Below, in pieces: positions 48,513 through 61,000 of a stretch of DNA of 64,000 nt. Below the pieces are notes generated by a model. That model had not been told where the DNA came from, made no database searches, and saw only the letters and a list, made by a program, of their open reading frames with translations. The stretch covers positions 11,532,001 to 11,596,000 of the forward strand of contig NC_052168.1 in NCBI RefSeq assembly GCF_902713615.1, in the 5' to 3' direction. This DNA is from Scyliorhinus canicula. Its lineage: Eukaryota. Positions within the stretch are counted from its first letter, which is position 1, and each line of letters starts with the position of its first letter. The position numbers and the translations under genes were made by a program.

Positions 48513-48859
48513 AAAAAAAACGAATAACGTATTTCAATTGAAATGTGAACGTGGCATTTCCCGCTGTTTGGGTTTGGAATTGTTTGGGGTCTTTCCCTCT
48601 CCTGGTGTCCAGGGAAGCAGAGGCCGATTCTGGCATTGCGTCCACCCCCTCGTCTAAACTCAGCTAGCAAAACACCGCCTGAGAATCAAACCCCGGATCT
48701 CTTTGACTCTGCGTCGCAATGCTGGGTCGCCTACTGCCTTGACTCCACAAGATCATCAATGAGAGCTTGAGGACGAGCTTACGATGGAAGGAATACCATT
48801 AATGAAGCGGCTGACGATGGATGGATCTAGGATACTACCCCGAGGCACTGGAACATTGC

Positions 48860-49365
48860 GCACAATTCTGGTCGCCACACTACCAGGAGGATGTGGAGGC
48901 TTTTGAGAGGGTGCAGAGGAGGTTTACCAGGATGTTGCCCGGTCTGGAGGGTGAATAGACTCTGACCGTTTTCATTAGAACGACGGAGGTTGAGTGGCTT
49001 ACCTGACAGAGGTCTACAAGATTATGAGGGGCATGGATAGAGTGGATGGGCAGGCACTCTTTCCCAGGGTGAATGGGTCAGTCATAGGTTGAAGGTCCGT
49101 GGGGCAAAGTTTAGAGGAGATGTGCGAGGCAGGTTTTTTACGCAGAGGGTGGTGAGTGCCTGGCACTCATTGCCAGGGGAGGTTGTGGAAGCAGATACAT
49201 TAACGAAATTCAAAAGGCATCTCGACAAAGACATGGATAGGATGGGTATGGAGGGATACTGCAAAAGGAAGTGCTGAGGGTTTTGGCCAAGGTTGGTATC
49301 TGACCGGTCCAGGCTTGGAGGGCCGAAGGGCGTGTTCCTGTGCTGTACTATTCTTTGTTCTTTAC
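48860..49365 (+). mobile_element. CR1 LINE 3' end
   Basis: QFWSPHYQEDVEAFERVQRRFTRMLPGLE; RGRFFTQRVVSAWHSLP. Confidence 0.88.
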
Positions 49366-49492
49366 CAGCAAGGTAGTTCCCAGTGCTGACGCCACTCCCC
49401 GGTGCACATTAAAGCCATAAGACCTCAGTACCCAAATAACAAAATCTACCAAAGCGCCTTGATCCAAACTGGCAACGAAGCCATATTTCAGG

Positions 49493-49756
49493 TGTGGTAG
49501 TATGACTAGAGGTACTACGGTACCTGGGAGTGTGAGCTACCATTGGTGGAGAAGGCTCTCTGCTCATTGGCCAAAGTGTTTGCATTTCATTGGTCGAAAT
49601 GTAAGGTAGCTCCGCCCAGTGAGGCGGGGTATAAGAACCCGTGTTTCCCAGCAGCCGGCCTTCTTTCTGTACTCGAGCTGCAGGGGAAACATCTTGTTGA
49701 TTAAAGCCTTCAATTCGGACTACTCCTTCGTTTCTGTAGTTATTGATCGCGCATCA
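49493..49756 (+). mobile_element. Solo LTR
   Basis: TGTGGTAG...GCATCA termini, TATAAG, ATTAAA; flanks TCAGG/ACAGG. Confidence 0.8.
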
Positions 49757-49769
49757 ACAGGCACGCTCA

Positions 49770-50200
49770 GTGAGCAACAACAACTTGAGAAGCATGACAC
49801 CATCCGGAACAAAGCAGCCCCCTTGATTGGCACCCCATCCACTACCTTAAACATTCATACCCTTCACCGCCAAAGCAGAATGGCAGCCGTGTGTACCATC
49901 TACAAGATGGGCTGCAGCAACTCACTCAGGCCCCTTAGACCTTCCAAACCCGCGTCCTCTGCCATCTGGAGGAACAAGGGCAGCATGGGCATGGGGAAGA
50001 CCGCCACCTGGAGGTCCCCAGCGAAATCACTCCCCACCCTGCCCTGGAAATATATCGGCCGTTCCTCCACTGTCACTGGGTCAAAATCCTGGAGCTCCCT
50101 CCCTAATAGCACAGTGGGTGCACCTACACTGGGTTCAGGAAGGCGGCTCCCCCACCACCTTCTGAAGGGCATTTAGGGATGGCCAATAAATGCTGGGATC
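49770..50200 (+). mobile_element. CR1/L2-group LINE 3' end
   Basis: DTIRNKAAPLIGTPSTTLNIHTLHR...; tail GGGCATTTAGGGATGGCCAATAAATGCTGG. Confidence 0.85.
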
Positions 50201-50699
50201 TGGCCAGCTCCCTCCCTGCACGGTAGGACTGTAACGGGTCCGAGAAGGCGGCTCGAATACCAAGCCTGAATTAAAAACGAGAGCTGATTTGCACTTGATA
50301 AACCTGGTTCCCCTATTTATTTACTTCTTTATTTATTCATTTTCCCCACTTCAAAGGAAATGGGGCTTTTGCAACCCGGACTATCTCTGCTGTGGCAAAG
50401 ATTAGTCCAAAACGCACTATACTCAGAGTGAAAAAAGCTTCCCCTCGCTACAATGAGTCATTTACTGATAGGGTCTAGGCAGTGGGCAGGATGTGGCCAC
50501 TGACACTGGAGGCTACGCATTGCTGAATCTGTTAACCACCGACTCTGGCAGATCAGTAAATGAGGGCAGTGCAAATATTAGCAGAGCTGCTCTAAGCCTG
50601 GAAGAAGGCCCCTATGTGGTGTTGCAAGCTTAATTTAATTAAAATATAATCCCAATGAACCCCCCCCTCCCCCCACCTTTTACTTCACTCGATCACAGA

Positions 50700-51280
50700 G
50701 TTGTTAAAGGCGCAGAAGGAGGCCATTCGGCCCATCGTGTCTGCACCGGCTCTCCAAACGAGCACCGTCACTTAGCGCCGTCCCCCTGCCTTTTCCCCTC
50801 CACTGCCTCTACTCAAGCAATCCTCCAACTACCCTCTCGAATTGCCTCGATCGAACCTGCCTCCCCTCTCCCTCCCAGGCCTCGCATTCCACACCCCGAC
50901 CACTCGCTGTGTGGAAAAGATTTTCCCCTCACATCGCATTGGCTTCTTTTTGCGAATCGCTTTAAATCTGCGCCCTCTCGTGTCCTTGATCCTTTTACCA
51001 GCGGGAACAGTTTCTCCCCCGTCTACTCTGTCCAGCTCCCCTCATGATTTTGAGCGTCTCTATCAAATCTCCTCTCGGCCTCCTTCTCTGCGAGAGGAAC
51101 AGTCCCAACCTCTCCAATCCGTCCTCACAGCTGAAGTTTCTCATCCCTGGATCCAATCTTGTCAACCTCTTCTGCTCTCTCTCCAATGTGTTCACATCCT
51201 CCCAAAAGTGTGGCCCCCAGAACTGCGCCCAATATTCCAGCTGAGGTCTAAGTAGTGTCTCGTATAAGTTCAGCACACGA
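50700..51280 (-). mobile_element. CR1 LINE 3' end
   Basis: LNLYETLLRPQLEYWAQFWGPH...GLERLGLFLSQRRRPRGDLIETLKIMRG. Confidence 0.88.
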
Positions 51281-51346
51281 CCTCTTTGCTCCAGTAAGAA
51301 GTCTTACAATCACCAGGTTAAATACGACAGGTTTTTTGGAGTCATT

Positions 51347-52007
51347 GGCCAGGATTCTCCGATCCCCCGCTGGCTCAGAGAATCGCCGGGGGGGGGGGGG
51401 GGGCGCGAATCCCGCCACGCTGCCGATTCTCCCGCAAGCAGAAAATCGGCGGCAATCGCACCGGCGCTGTCATCGCGGCGCCGGTCGGGGCTCGTTGAAA
51501 GCGCCCCCACCCCCCCCCCTCCCCACCCCCAGCGATTCCCTGCGCTCGACGAGCCAAGTGCCCATCGAGTTCCGCCGCCATCATTTACGCATGGTCCTAC
51601 CCGGCGGGACCTCTGCGTTCTGGCTGCGGGGGCCGCCCTGATGGGGTGGCGGGGGGGGGGGGGGGGAGCCGACTCCAGGGGGGCAGTCCTCCGACGGTGG
51701 CCCGGCCCGCGGTCAGGGGCAACTGATCAGCGGGCGGGCTCATTCCGGGGCGGGTACTACGGTCCTCCGCGCCGGGCCCGTGTTGCCCGCGGGCCGGCGT
51801 GGAGACGGCCGTGGCGCGCGTGCGCGGACCTGCGCCGGCCGTGGGGGGCTGGCTTTCGGTGCAGGAGCAGCACACAGCACTCCGGCGCCGTTCTAGCCCC
51901 CTAGCCAGGGGTGAATGCCTGGGCCTGGAGGCCCGGTGATGCCGGCGTCGCTCGCGCCGGTTTTGACGCTGGTCAACACTTGGTCGGGATTTCAGAGAAT
52001 CCCGGCC
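51347..52007. mobile_element. Intact GC-rich Harbinger-type MITE
   Basis: TIRs GGCCAGGATTCTCCGA / TCAGAGAATCCCGGCC; 3-bp TSD ATT (51344-51346, 52008-52010). Confidence 0.85.
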
Positions 52008-52042
52008 ATTAGCTTTCGGAGCGCAGCTCCTTCATCAGGTGA
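52008..52042 (-). ncRNA. Minimal hammerhead motif of a Penelope-like terminus (51290-51346 plus 52008-52160), split by the MITE
   Basis: UCAC-CUGAUGA-A-GGAGC-UGC-GCUCC-GAAA-GC-UA. Confidence 0.65.
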
Positions 52043-52169
52043 GGAGAGGTAGGTTCCACAAAATCATATATAGACAAAGTCAATGATGCCAGACGATACT
52101 TTGAATGCGAGTCTTTGCAGGTAATTAAGTCTTTACAGGTCCAGACGGAGCGACTGGGGGGAGGGATCT

Positions 52170-52680
52170 ATGCTCTGGTGCTCTATGCCCCTGTTAATAA
52201 AGCCCAGGATATATTTGCTTTATTGACTGCTCTCTCCACCTGTCCTGTCACCTTCAATAATCTATGGACACAAACACCAGGACCCTCTGCTCCTGCACCC
52301 CCCCCCATAAGAATTGTACCTCTTATTTTATGTTGTCTCTCAATGTTCTTCCGACCAAAATGCATCACCTCCCACTTCTCCGCATTGAACTCTGTCTGTC
52401 ACCTATCTGCCCACTCCACCAACTTCTCTGTGTCCTTTGGAAGTCCCACACCCTCCTCCTCACAATTTACAATGCTTCCAAGGCGTTAAAACTGTCTCCT
52501 GCGCACCAAGATCACGGCCATTCACTTGTATCAGGAAAAGCAAGGATCCCAATACCGATCCCTGGGGAACGCCGCTGCAAACCTTCCTCCAGCCTGAAAA
52601 ATATCCGTTGACTATTACTCTCTGCTTCCCATTATTCAGCCACTTTTGTATCCACGTTGCTAATGCCCCCTTTAATCCAC
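52170..52680 (-). mobile_element. CR1 LINE RT fragment
   Basis: WIQKWLNNGKQRVIVNGYFSGWRKVCSGVPQGSVLGSLLFLI. Confidence 0.88.
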
Positions 52681-55310
52681 TTCTGCCAGATTGGAATGTC
52701 ATTGGCTTTGCAGGCTACGTCCTGCAGGACACATGTATCTGGTCCCATAACATAAGACAAGGAGAACATTATTTTCTCGACGCTTTGCGGTTACGATTTT
52801 CCGATCAGTCACCTTTACCACCTGAGGCGAGATACTGCAATCATTGTTGCCATGCCGACCATGTAGTCTTCTGCCTCTGCAGTTTCAAACGCCTGGTCAA
52901 CTCGGTGAGTGGCACTGGTCCTGGGAGAACCTCACCGCAGGTCAAAGAGGCTGCTCAGCCCATCGCAATTGTGCTGGCTCTTCTGAGAGAACTGTCATGG
53001 TTTCCCCTGCTCTTCCGTCGCACCTATCGGATATCTGTGCAGTTCCATCGAATCCCTGCGGTGCAGAAGAAGGACATTCGGCCCATCGAGTCTGCACCGA
53101 CCCTCTGAAAGCGCACCCCACCCCAGCCCGCTCACCCGCCCCCCATCCCCGCCACCTAACCCGCGCATCTTTGGACACTGAGGGCAGCCCGGTAGCACAG
53201 TGGTTAGCACTGTTGCTTCACAGCTCCAGGGTCCCGGGTTAGATTCCCGGCTTGGGTCACTGACTGTGCGGAGTCTGCACGTTCTCCCCCGTGTCTGCGT
53301 GGGTTTCTCTCCGGGTGCTCCGGTTTCCTCCCGAAAGACGGCGGACGCCATTCTCCCAGCCCCGCGCCGGGCCGGAGAATCGCCCCCGCGCTAACGCGCG
53401 ACACTCCGAGGTGCGGAGAATTGGCGCCATTTGCAGCGGCGCGTTTGGCGCGGCGCCGGTCGGGGGCCGCTGATACTCCGGCCCGGATGGGCCGAGCGGC
53501 CGCGAGGAAAAAGCAGCGTCCCGCCCGGCACTGTCCACACTTGGTCGCTGCCGGCGGGAACTCTGCGCGAAGGGTCAGGGGGCGGCCTGTGGGGGGGGGG
53601 GGGGGGGCCTCCGATGGGGTCTGGCCCGCGATCGTGGGGCCACCGATCGGCGGGCCAGCCTCTCACCCCCTCGGGCCTACTTTGTTGCGCGTCCGGCCCC
53701 AGAACCCCCCCCCCCCCGCCATGTTGCGTCGACCGGTGAATTGGACATTCTGAATTCTCCCTCTGTGTATCCGAACAGTGGCTGGAGTGTGGCGACTAGG
53801 GGATTCTCACAGTAACTTCATTGCAGTGTTAATGTAAGCCTACTTGTGACAATAAAGATTATTATTATTATATTATTATTTTGCACGGCCAATCCAGCTA
53901 ACCTGATTCTGAGTCCACGGACCAAAATAATAAAAATAAAATAAAAGAATTGGGAATAAAGGAAATAAACAGGAAGGATTCTTACAGTCGGATTCCACTC
54001 GCCACACGCTCCTAAAGGGGGAACGTGTGATTCACATTGGCTGATATGAATGGATAATTAAAGGGAGTTGGGGAGAACAATCGTGAATAAAGGCTTGATC
54101 GTTGAATTTAAATGTATTCAAATGGCGACCTCGACGAACTCCGGCTGGAAATCCCCTCCCGCCCTCATAGTCTGGAGCATCATTTTACCTCAGGACTACA
54201 TTTGATCAATGTTTCCTCTGCACCGTCAGGAGAGATGAGCCAGTATTGGCATTAACAAATAAAGCTCCAATCTCAATCCTTCGTCCAGTTACTGAGGCAG
54301 TCATCGGAAACCGCTCACCACGGCTCCCGAGAGGGCCGGCAATACATTTTCTGAAAGATCGCTTGATGCTTTCAAGTGTCACTCTGAGTGACCACCAACA
54401 AAATACCTCCAGGCATAGGGCTGATCACACAGCTCATGGGGGAGACTGTCACACCTCAACGGGATCGGCTGCAGCTCTGTAACTTTGTGAGATGCTGGCC
54501 TGGTGGGATTGTCGTTGGCAATCCAGAGGCCCAGGCTAATGGTGTTGGGGCATGGGTTCAAATCCCTCCATTTGTCTATGTGGGTTTCCTCCGGGTGCTC
54601 CGTTTTACTCTCGCGGTTCAGGAAAGTGCGGGTTAGGGTGGGTTGGCCATGATAAATTGCCCCTTAGGTGATTGGCCATGCTAAATTGTCCCTTAGTGTC
54701 CAAAAAGGTTAGGTAGGGTTACTGGGTTACGGGGATAGGGTGGAGGTGTGGGGCTTAAGTAGGGTGCTCTATCCAAGGGCCGGTGCAGACTCGATGGGCC
54801 GAATGGCCTCCTTCTACACTGTAGATTCTATGAACCACTATGAACTTTGGCATGCAGGTATGGACTTTAAATTCAATGTGGAGTTATAAGGCAGCGATGT
54901 GAAACTTGTTGTAAAAACCCATCCGCTTCACTGATACCCTCTGGGGCTGGAAAGCGAGTGGTTGGGGTCTGGAATGGTGCTGCCTGGGAGTGTGGTGGAG
55001 GCAGGTTCAATCGAGGTGTTCGAGAGGGTATTGGATGATTATTTGAATCGGAACAATGTGCTGGAGTTGGGGAAACAGCACCAAGTCATGATGCTCGCTC
55101 GGAGATGGGCCGAATGGCCTTGTCCTGCGCTGTGGCAATTCTGTGATTCCTACCTGGCCTGTGTGTGTGTGTGTGTGACTCCAGACCTACATCAATGCAG
55201 TGCCCTCCGAAATGGTCCAGTGAAGCCGGTTCAGCTCAGGGGTAATTAGGGATGGGCAACAAATGCTGGTCCAGCCAGCGATACCCACATCCCATCAAAG
55301 AACAGCAGGA

Positions 55311-57072
55311 ACTGGCTGGATTGGGCTGTATTGGGTTGGGTTGGGTTGGGCTGGGTTGGGTTAGGTTGGGCTGCGCTGGGTTGGGTTGGGCTGCGTTGGG
55401 TTGGGTTAGGTTGGGCTGGGCTGGCTTGGGTTGGGCTGGGTTTGGTTGGACTGGGTTGGGTTGGGTTGGCCTGGGCTGGGTTGGGTTGGGTTGGGTTGGG
55501 TTGGGCTGGGTTGGGTTGGTTTGGACTGGGTTGGTTTGGGTTGGGCTGGGTTGGGTTGGGTTGGACTGGGTTGGGTTGGGTTGGACTGGGTTGGGTTGGG
55601 CTGGGTTGTGTTGGGCTGGGTTGGGTTGGGTTGGACTGGGTTGGGTTGGGTTAGGCTAGGCTGGGTTGGGCTGGGTTGGGTTGGGCTGGGTTGGGTTGGG
55701 TTGGGTTGGACTGGGTTGGTTTGGGTTGGGCTGGGTTGGGTTGGGTTGGACTGGGTTGGGCTGGGCTGGGTTGGGTTGGGTTGGGTTGGGTTGGTTTGGG
55801 CTGATTTGGGCTGGGTTGGGTTGGGCTGGGTTGGGCAGGGCTGGGTTGGGTTGGGTTGGGCTGGGTTGGGTTGGGCTGGGTTGGGTTGGGTTGGGCTGAG
55901 TTGGGCTGGGCTGGGTTGGGTTGGGTTGGGTTGGGTTGGGTTGGTTTGGGCTGATTTGGGCTGGGTTGGGTTGGGCTGGGTTGTGCTGGGCTGGGTTGGG
56001 TTGGGTTGGGCTGGCTTGGGTTGGGCTGGGTTGGGTTGGGCTGGGCTGGGCTGGGTTGGGTTGGGTTGGGTTTGGTTGGGCTGGGTTGGGTTGGACTGGG
56101 TTGGGTTGTGTTGGGCTGGGTTGGGTTGGACTGGGTTGGGTTGGGCTGGGTTGGGTTGGACTGGGTTGTGTTGGACTGGGCTGGGTTGTGTTGGACTGGG
56201 TTGGGTTGGACTGGGTTGGGTTGGGTTGGGTTGAACTGGGTTGGGTTGGGTTGGTTTGGGCTGGGTTGGGCTGGGTTGGGTTGGGCTGAGTTGCGTCGGG
56301 CTGGTTTGCATTGGGTTGGGCTGGGTTGGGCTGGATTGCATTGGGTTGGTCTGGGTTGGGTTGGGTTGGGTTGGGCTGAGTTGGGTTGGGCTGGTTTGGG
56401 CTGGGTTGCATTGGGTTGGGCTGGGTTGCATTGGGTTGGGCTGGGTTGTGTTGGGTTGGGCTGGGTTGCATTGGGTTGGGCTGGGTTGGTCTGGGTTGGG
56501 TTGGGTTGGGTTGGGTTTGGTTNNNNNNNNNNNNNNNNNNNNNNNNNNNNNNNNNNNNNNNNNNNNNNNNNNNNNNNNNNNNNNNNNNNNNNNNNNNNNN
56601 NNNNNNNNNNNNNNNNNNNNNNNNNNNNNNNNNNNNNNNNNNNNNNNNNNNNNNNNNNNNNNNNNNNNNNNNNNNNNNNNNNNNNNNNNNNNNNNNNNNN
56701 NNNNNNNNNNNNNNNNNNNNNNNNNNNNNNNNNNNNNNNNNNNNNNNNNGCTGGGTTGCATTGGGTTGGGCTGGGTTGGGTTGGGTTGGGTTGGGCTGGG
56801 TTGGTTTGGGCTGGGTTGGTTTGGGCTGGGCTGGGTTGGGCTGGGTTGGGTTGGGTTGGCTTGGGTTGGGCTGAGTTGGACTGAGTTGGGTCGGGCTGGT
56901 TTGGGCTGGGTTGCATTGAGTTGGGCTGGGTTGGGTTGGGTTGGTTTGGGCTGGGTTGGTTTGGGCTGGGTTGGGCTGGGTTGCATTGGGTTGGGCTGGG
57001 TTGGGCTGGGTTGGGTTGGGTTGGGTTGGGTTGGGCTGAGTTGGACTGAGTTGGGTCGGGCTGGTTTGGGCT
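55311..57072 (+). repeat. Pentanucleotide satellite (GGGTT/GGGCT)n containing and bordering assembly gaps
   Basis: Continuous 5-bp periodicity; N runs at 56523-56749 and 57073-57409. Confidence 0.97.
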
Positions 57073-58049
57073 NNNNNNNNNNNNNNNNNNNNNNNNNNNN
57101 NNNNNNNNNNNNNNNNNNNNNNNNNNNNNNNNNNNNNNNNNNNNNNNNNNNNNNNNNNNNNNNNNNNNNNNNNNNNNNNNNNNNNNNNNNNNNNNNNNNN
57201 NNNNNNNNNNNNNNNNNNNNNNNNNNNNNNNNNNNNNNNNNNNNNNNNNNNNNNNNNNNNNNNNNNNNNNNNNNNNNNNNNNNNNNNNNNNNNNNNNNNN
57301 NNNNNNNNNNNNNNNNNNNNNNNNNNNNNNNNNNNNNNNNNNNNNNNNNNNNNNNNNNNNNNNNNNNNNNNNNNNNNNNNNNNNNNNNNNNNNNNNNNNN
57401 NNNNNNNNNATTCATCAAGGGTTGAAAAGCATAGCCAGGGCGCCCATTGTGAAAACAAAATGGACGTTTCGGTCATTGTCACGTTGCTGGTTTGGCGGCA
57501 AGCAGGCTGCCGCGTTCCCTCCACTGCGGCATTTCAAAAGTACTTCAGGGGCCGTCGTGTGTTTTCGGACGTCGTGCGATTGTGAAAGCTGTGTGGTCAT
57601 TTATTGCCTAAACGTTGAAAGTTTTTGATGGAGTGGATAGAGGTTTTCTCTTGTGGGAACGAGCATAGGTGGAGGCCGCCAATATAGGGCTTAGCACTGC
57701 CGCCTCACAGCGCCAAGAACCCGGGGCTAATGGTCAGTCAACCTTTCTCTGACCCTCTAAAGACGTTTTAAAACATTTTGCACAATGGACTGGTAATCGA
57801 GACAGCAGCTTTCCTGCATTAACAACACAATTGGGGAGGGAAATCGAATAAGTATTTCAGAAGCAACTTCTCTATCAGAGAATGTGGAACTCACAACCGC
57901 AGGGAATGGTTGAAGCAAATGGTACAGATGTATTTAAGCAGAAACTAGATAAGCAAATGAGGGAGAGGGAAATGAAGGGATACAATGGTGGATTGAGGTG
58001 AGGAACGGTGGGCGGAGGAGGCTCAAGTGGAGGATAAACACTGGCAGCG

Positions 58050-61000
58050 ACTCAACCCAACACAGGGAACATACTAAACCCAACACAGGGAACATGCTTG
58101 ACCCAACACAGGGAACATACTAAACCCAACACAGGGAACACTATCGACCCAACACAGGGAACATACTTGACCCAACACAGGGAACATGCTTGAACCAACA
58201 CAGAAAACATACCAAACCCAATACAGGGAACACGCTTGACCCAACACAAGGAACACACTTGACCCAACACAGGGAACATACTAAACCCAATACAGGGAAC
58301 ATGCTTGACCCAACACAGAGAACATACTAAACCCAATACAGGGAACACGCTTGAACCAGCACAGGGAACACACTTGACCCAACACAGGGAACACGCTTGA
58401 CCATACACAGGGAACAAACTCTACCCAACACAGGGAATACATTTGACCCAACACAGGGAACATACTCGACCCAATACAGGGAACACACTCCACCCAACAC
58501 AGGGAACACACTCCACCCAACACAGGGATCATAAACGACCCAACACAGGGAACACACTCCACCCAACACAAAGAACACACTCGACCCAACACAGGAAACA
58601 CACTCCACCCAACACAGGGAACACATTCCACCCAACACAGGGAACACACACCACCCAACACAGGGAACACTCTCCACCCAACACAGGGAACACACTCCAC
58701 CCAACACAGGGAACACTCTCCACCCAACACAGGGAACACACTGCACTCAACACAGGGAACACACTCGACCCGACACAGGGAACACACTCGACCCAACACA
58801 AAGAACACACTCGACCCAACACAGGAAACACACTCCACCCAACACAAAGAACACACTCGACCCAACACAGGAAACACACTCCACCCAACACAGGGAACAC
58901 ATTCCACCCAACACAGGGAACACACACCACCCAACACAGGGAACACTCTCCACCCAACACAGGGAACACACTCCACCCAACACAGGGAACACTCTCCACC
59001 CAACACAGGGAACACACTGCACTCAACACAGGGAACACACTCGACCCGACACAGGGAACACACTCGACCCAACACAGGGAACATACTCGACCCAACACAG
59101 GGAACATAGGCGACCCAACACAGGGAACACACTCCACCCAACACAGGGAACACACTCCACTCAACACAGAGATCATACACGACCCAACACGGGGAACACA
59201 CTCCACTCAACACAGGGATCATACACGACCCAACACAGGGAACACACTCCACCCAACACAGGCAACACACTCGACCCAACACAGGGAACACACTCGACCC
59301 AACACAGGGAACATACTCCACTCAACACAGGGATCACACACGACCCAACACAGGGAACACACTCCACCCAACACAGGGATCATACACGACCCAACACAGT
59401 GAACACACTCCACCCAACACTGGGAACACACTCCACCCAACATAGGGAACACACTCCACCCAACACAGCGAACACTCTCCACCCAACACAGGGATCATAC
59501 ACGACCCAACACAGGAAACACACTCGACCCAACACAGGAAACACACTCCACCCAACACAGGAAACACACTCGACCCAACACAGGAAACACACTCCACCCA
59601 ACACAGGAAACACACTCCACCCAACACAGGAAACACACTCCACCCAACACAGGAAACACACTCGACCCGACACAGGAGACACACTCCACCCGACACAGGG
59701 ATCATACTCGACCCAACACAGGAAACACACTCCACCCAACACAGGGATCATACTCGACCCAACACAGGGATCATACTCGACCCGACACAGGGAACACACT
59801 CCACCCAACACAGCGAACACTCTCCACCCAACGCAGGGAACACACTCGACCCGACACAGGAAACACACTCCACCCAACACAGGGAACATACTTGATCCAA
59901 CACAGGGAACACACTCGACCTAACATAGGGAACGCACTCCACCCAACACAGGGAACACACTCCACCCAACACAGGGAACACACTCCACCCAACACAGGGA
60001 TCATACTCGACCCAACACAGGAAACACACTCCACCCAACACAGGGATCATACTCGACCCAACACAGGAAACACACTCCACCCAACACAGGGATCATACTC
60101 GACCCAACACAGGAAACACACTCCACCCAACACAGGAAACATACTCCACCCAACACAGGGAACACACACCACCCAACACAGGGAACACACTCCACCCAAC
60201 ACAGGGAACACACTTGACCCAACACAGGGAACACACTTGACCCAACACAGGAAACACATTCCACCCAACACAGGAGACACACTCCACCCAACACAGGGAA
60301 CACACTCCACCCAACACAGGGATCATACTTGACCCAACACAGGGAACATACTCGACCCAACACAGGGAACACACTCGACCCAACACAGGGAACACACTCC
60401 ACCCAACACAGGGAACACGCTTGACCCGACACAGGGAATATACTCGACTCAACACAGGGAACACACTCGACCCAACACAGGAAACACACTCCACCCAACA
60501 CAGGGATCATACTCGACCCAACACAGGAAACACACTCCACCCAACACAGGGAACACGCTTGACCCGACACAGGGAATATACTCGACTCAACACAGGGAAC
60601 ACACTCGACCCAACACAGGGAACACACTCGACCCGACACAGGGAACACACTCCACCCAACACAGGGTACACACTCGACCCAACACAGGGAACACACTCCA
60701 CCCAACACAGGGATCACACTCCACCCAACACAGGGAACACACCCGACCCAATACAGGGAATACACTTAGCCCAACACAGGGAACACACTCCACCCAACAC
60801 AGGGAACACACTTAGCCCAACACAGGGAACACACTCCACCCAACACAGGGAACATACTCGACCCAACACAGGGAACACACTCGACCCAACACAGGGAACA
60901 CACTTGACCCAACACAGGGAACACACTTAGCCCAACACAGCGAACACTCTCCACCCAACACAGGGAACATACTCGACCCAACACAGCGAACACACTCCAC

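Noticed and set aside
51347-53750. CpG-island promoters
   Set aside because: The GC-rich blocks are bounded by TIRs or nested in SINEs and are explained as Harbinger-type MITEs.
55252-57524. Long ORFs rich in GLGWV or PNPTQ repeats
   Set aside because: They are translations of a pentamer satellite that read through N gaps and are open in many frames on both strands.
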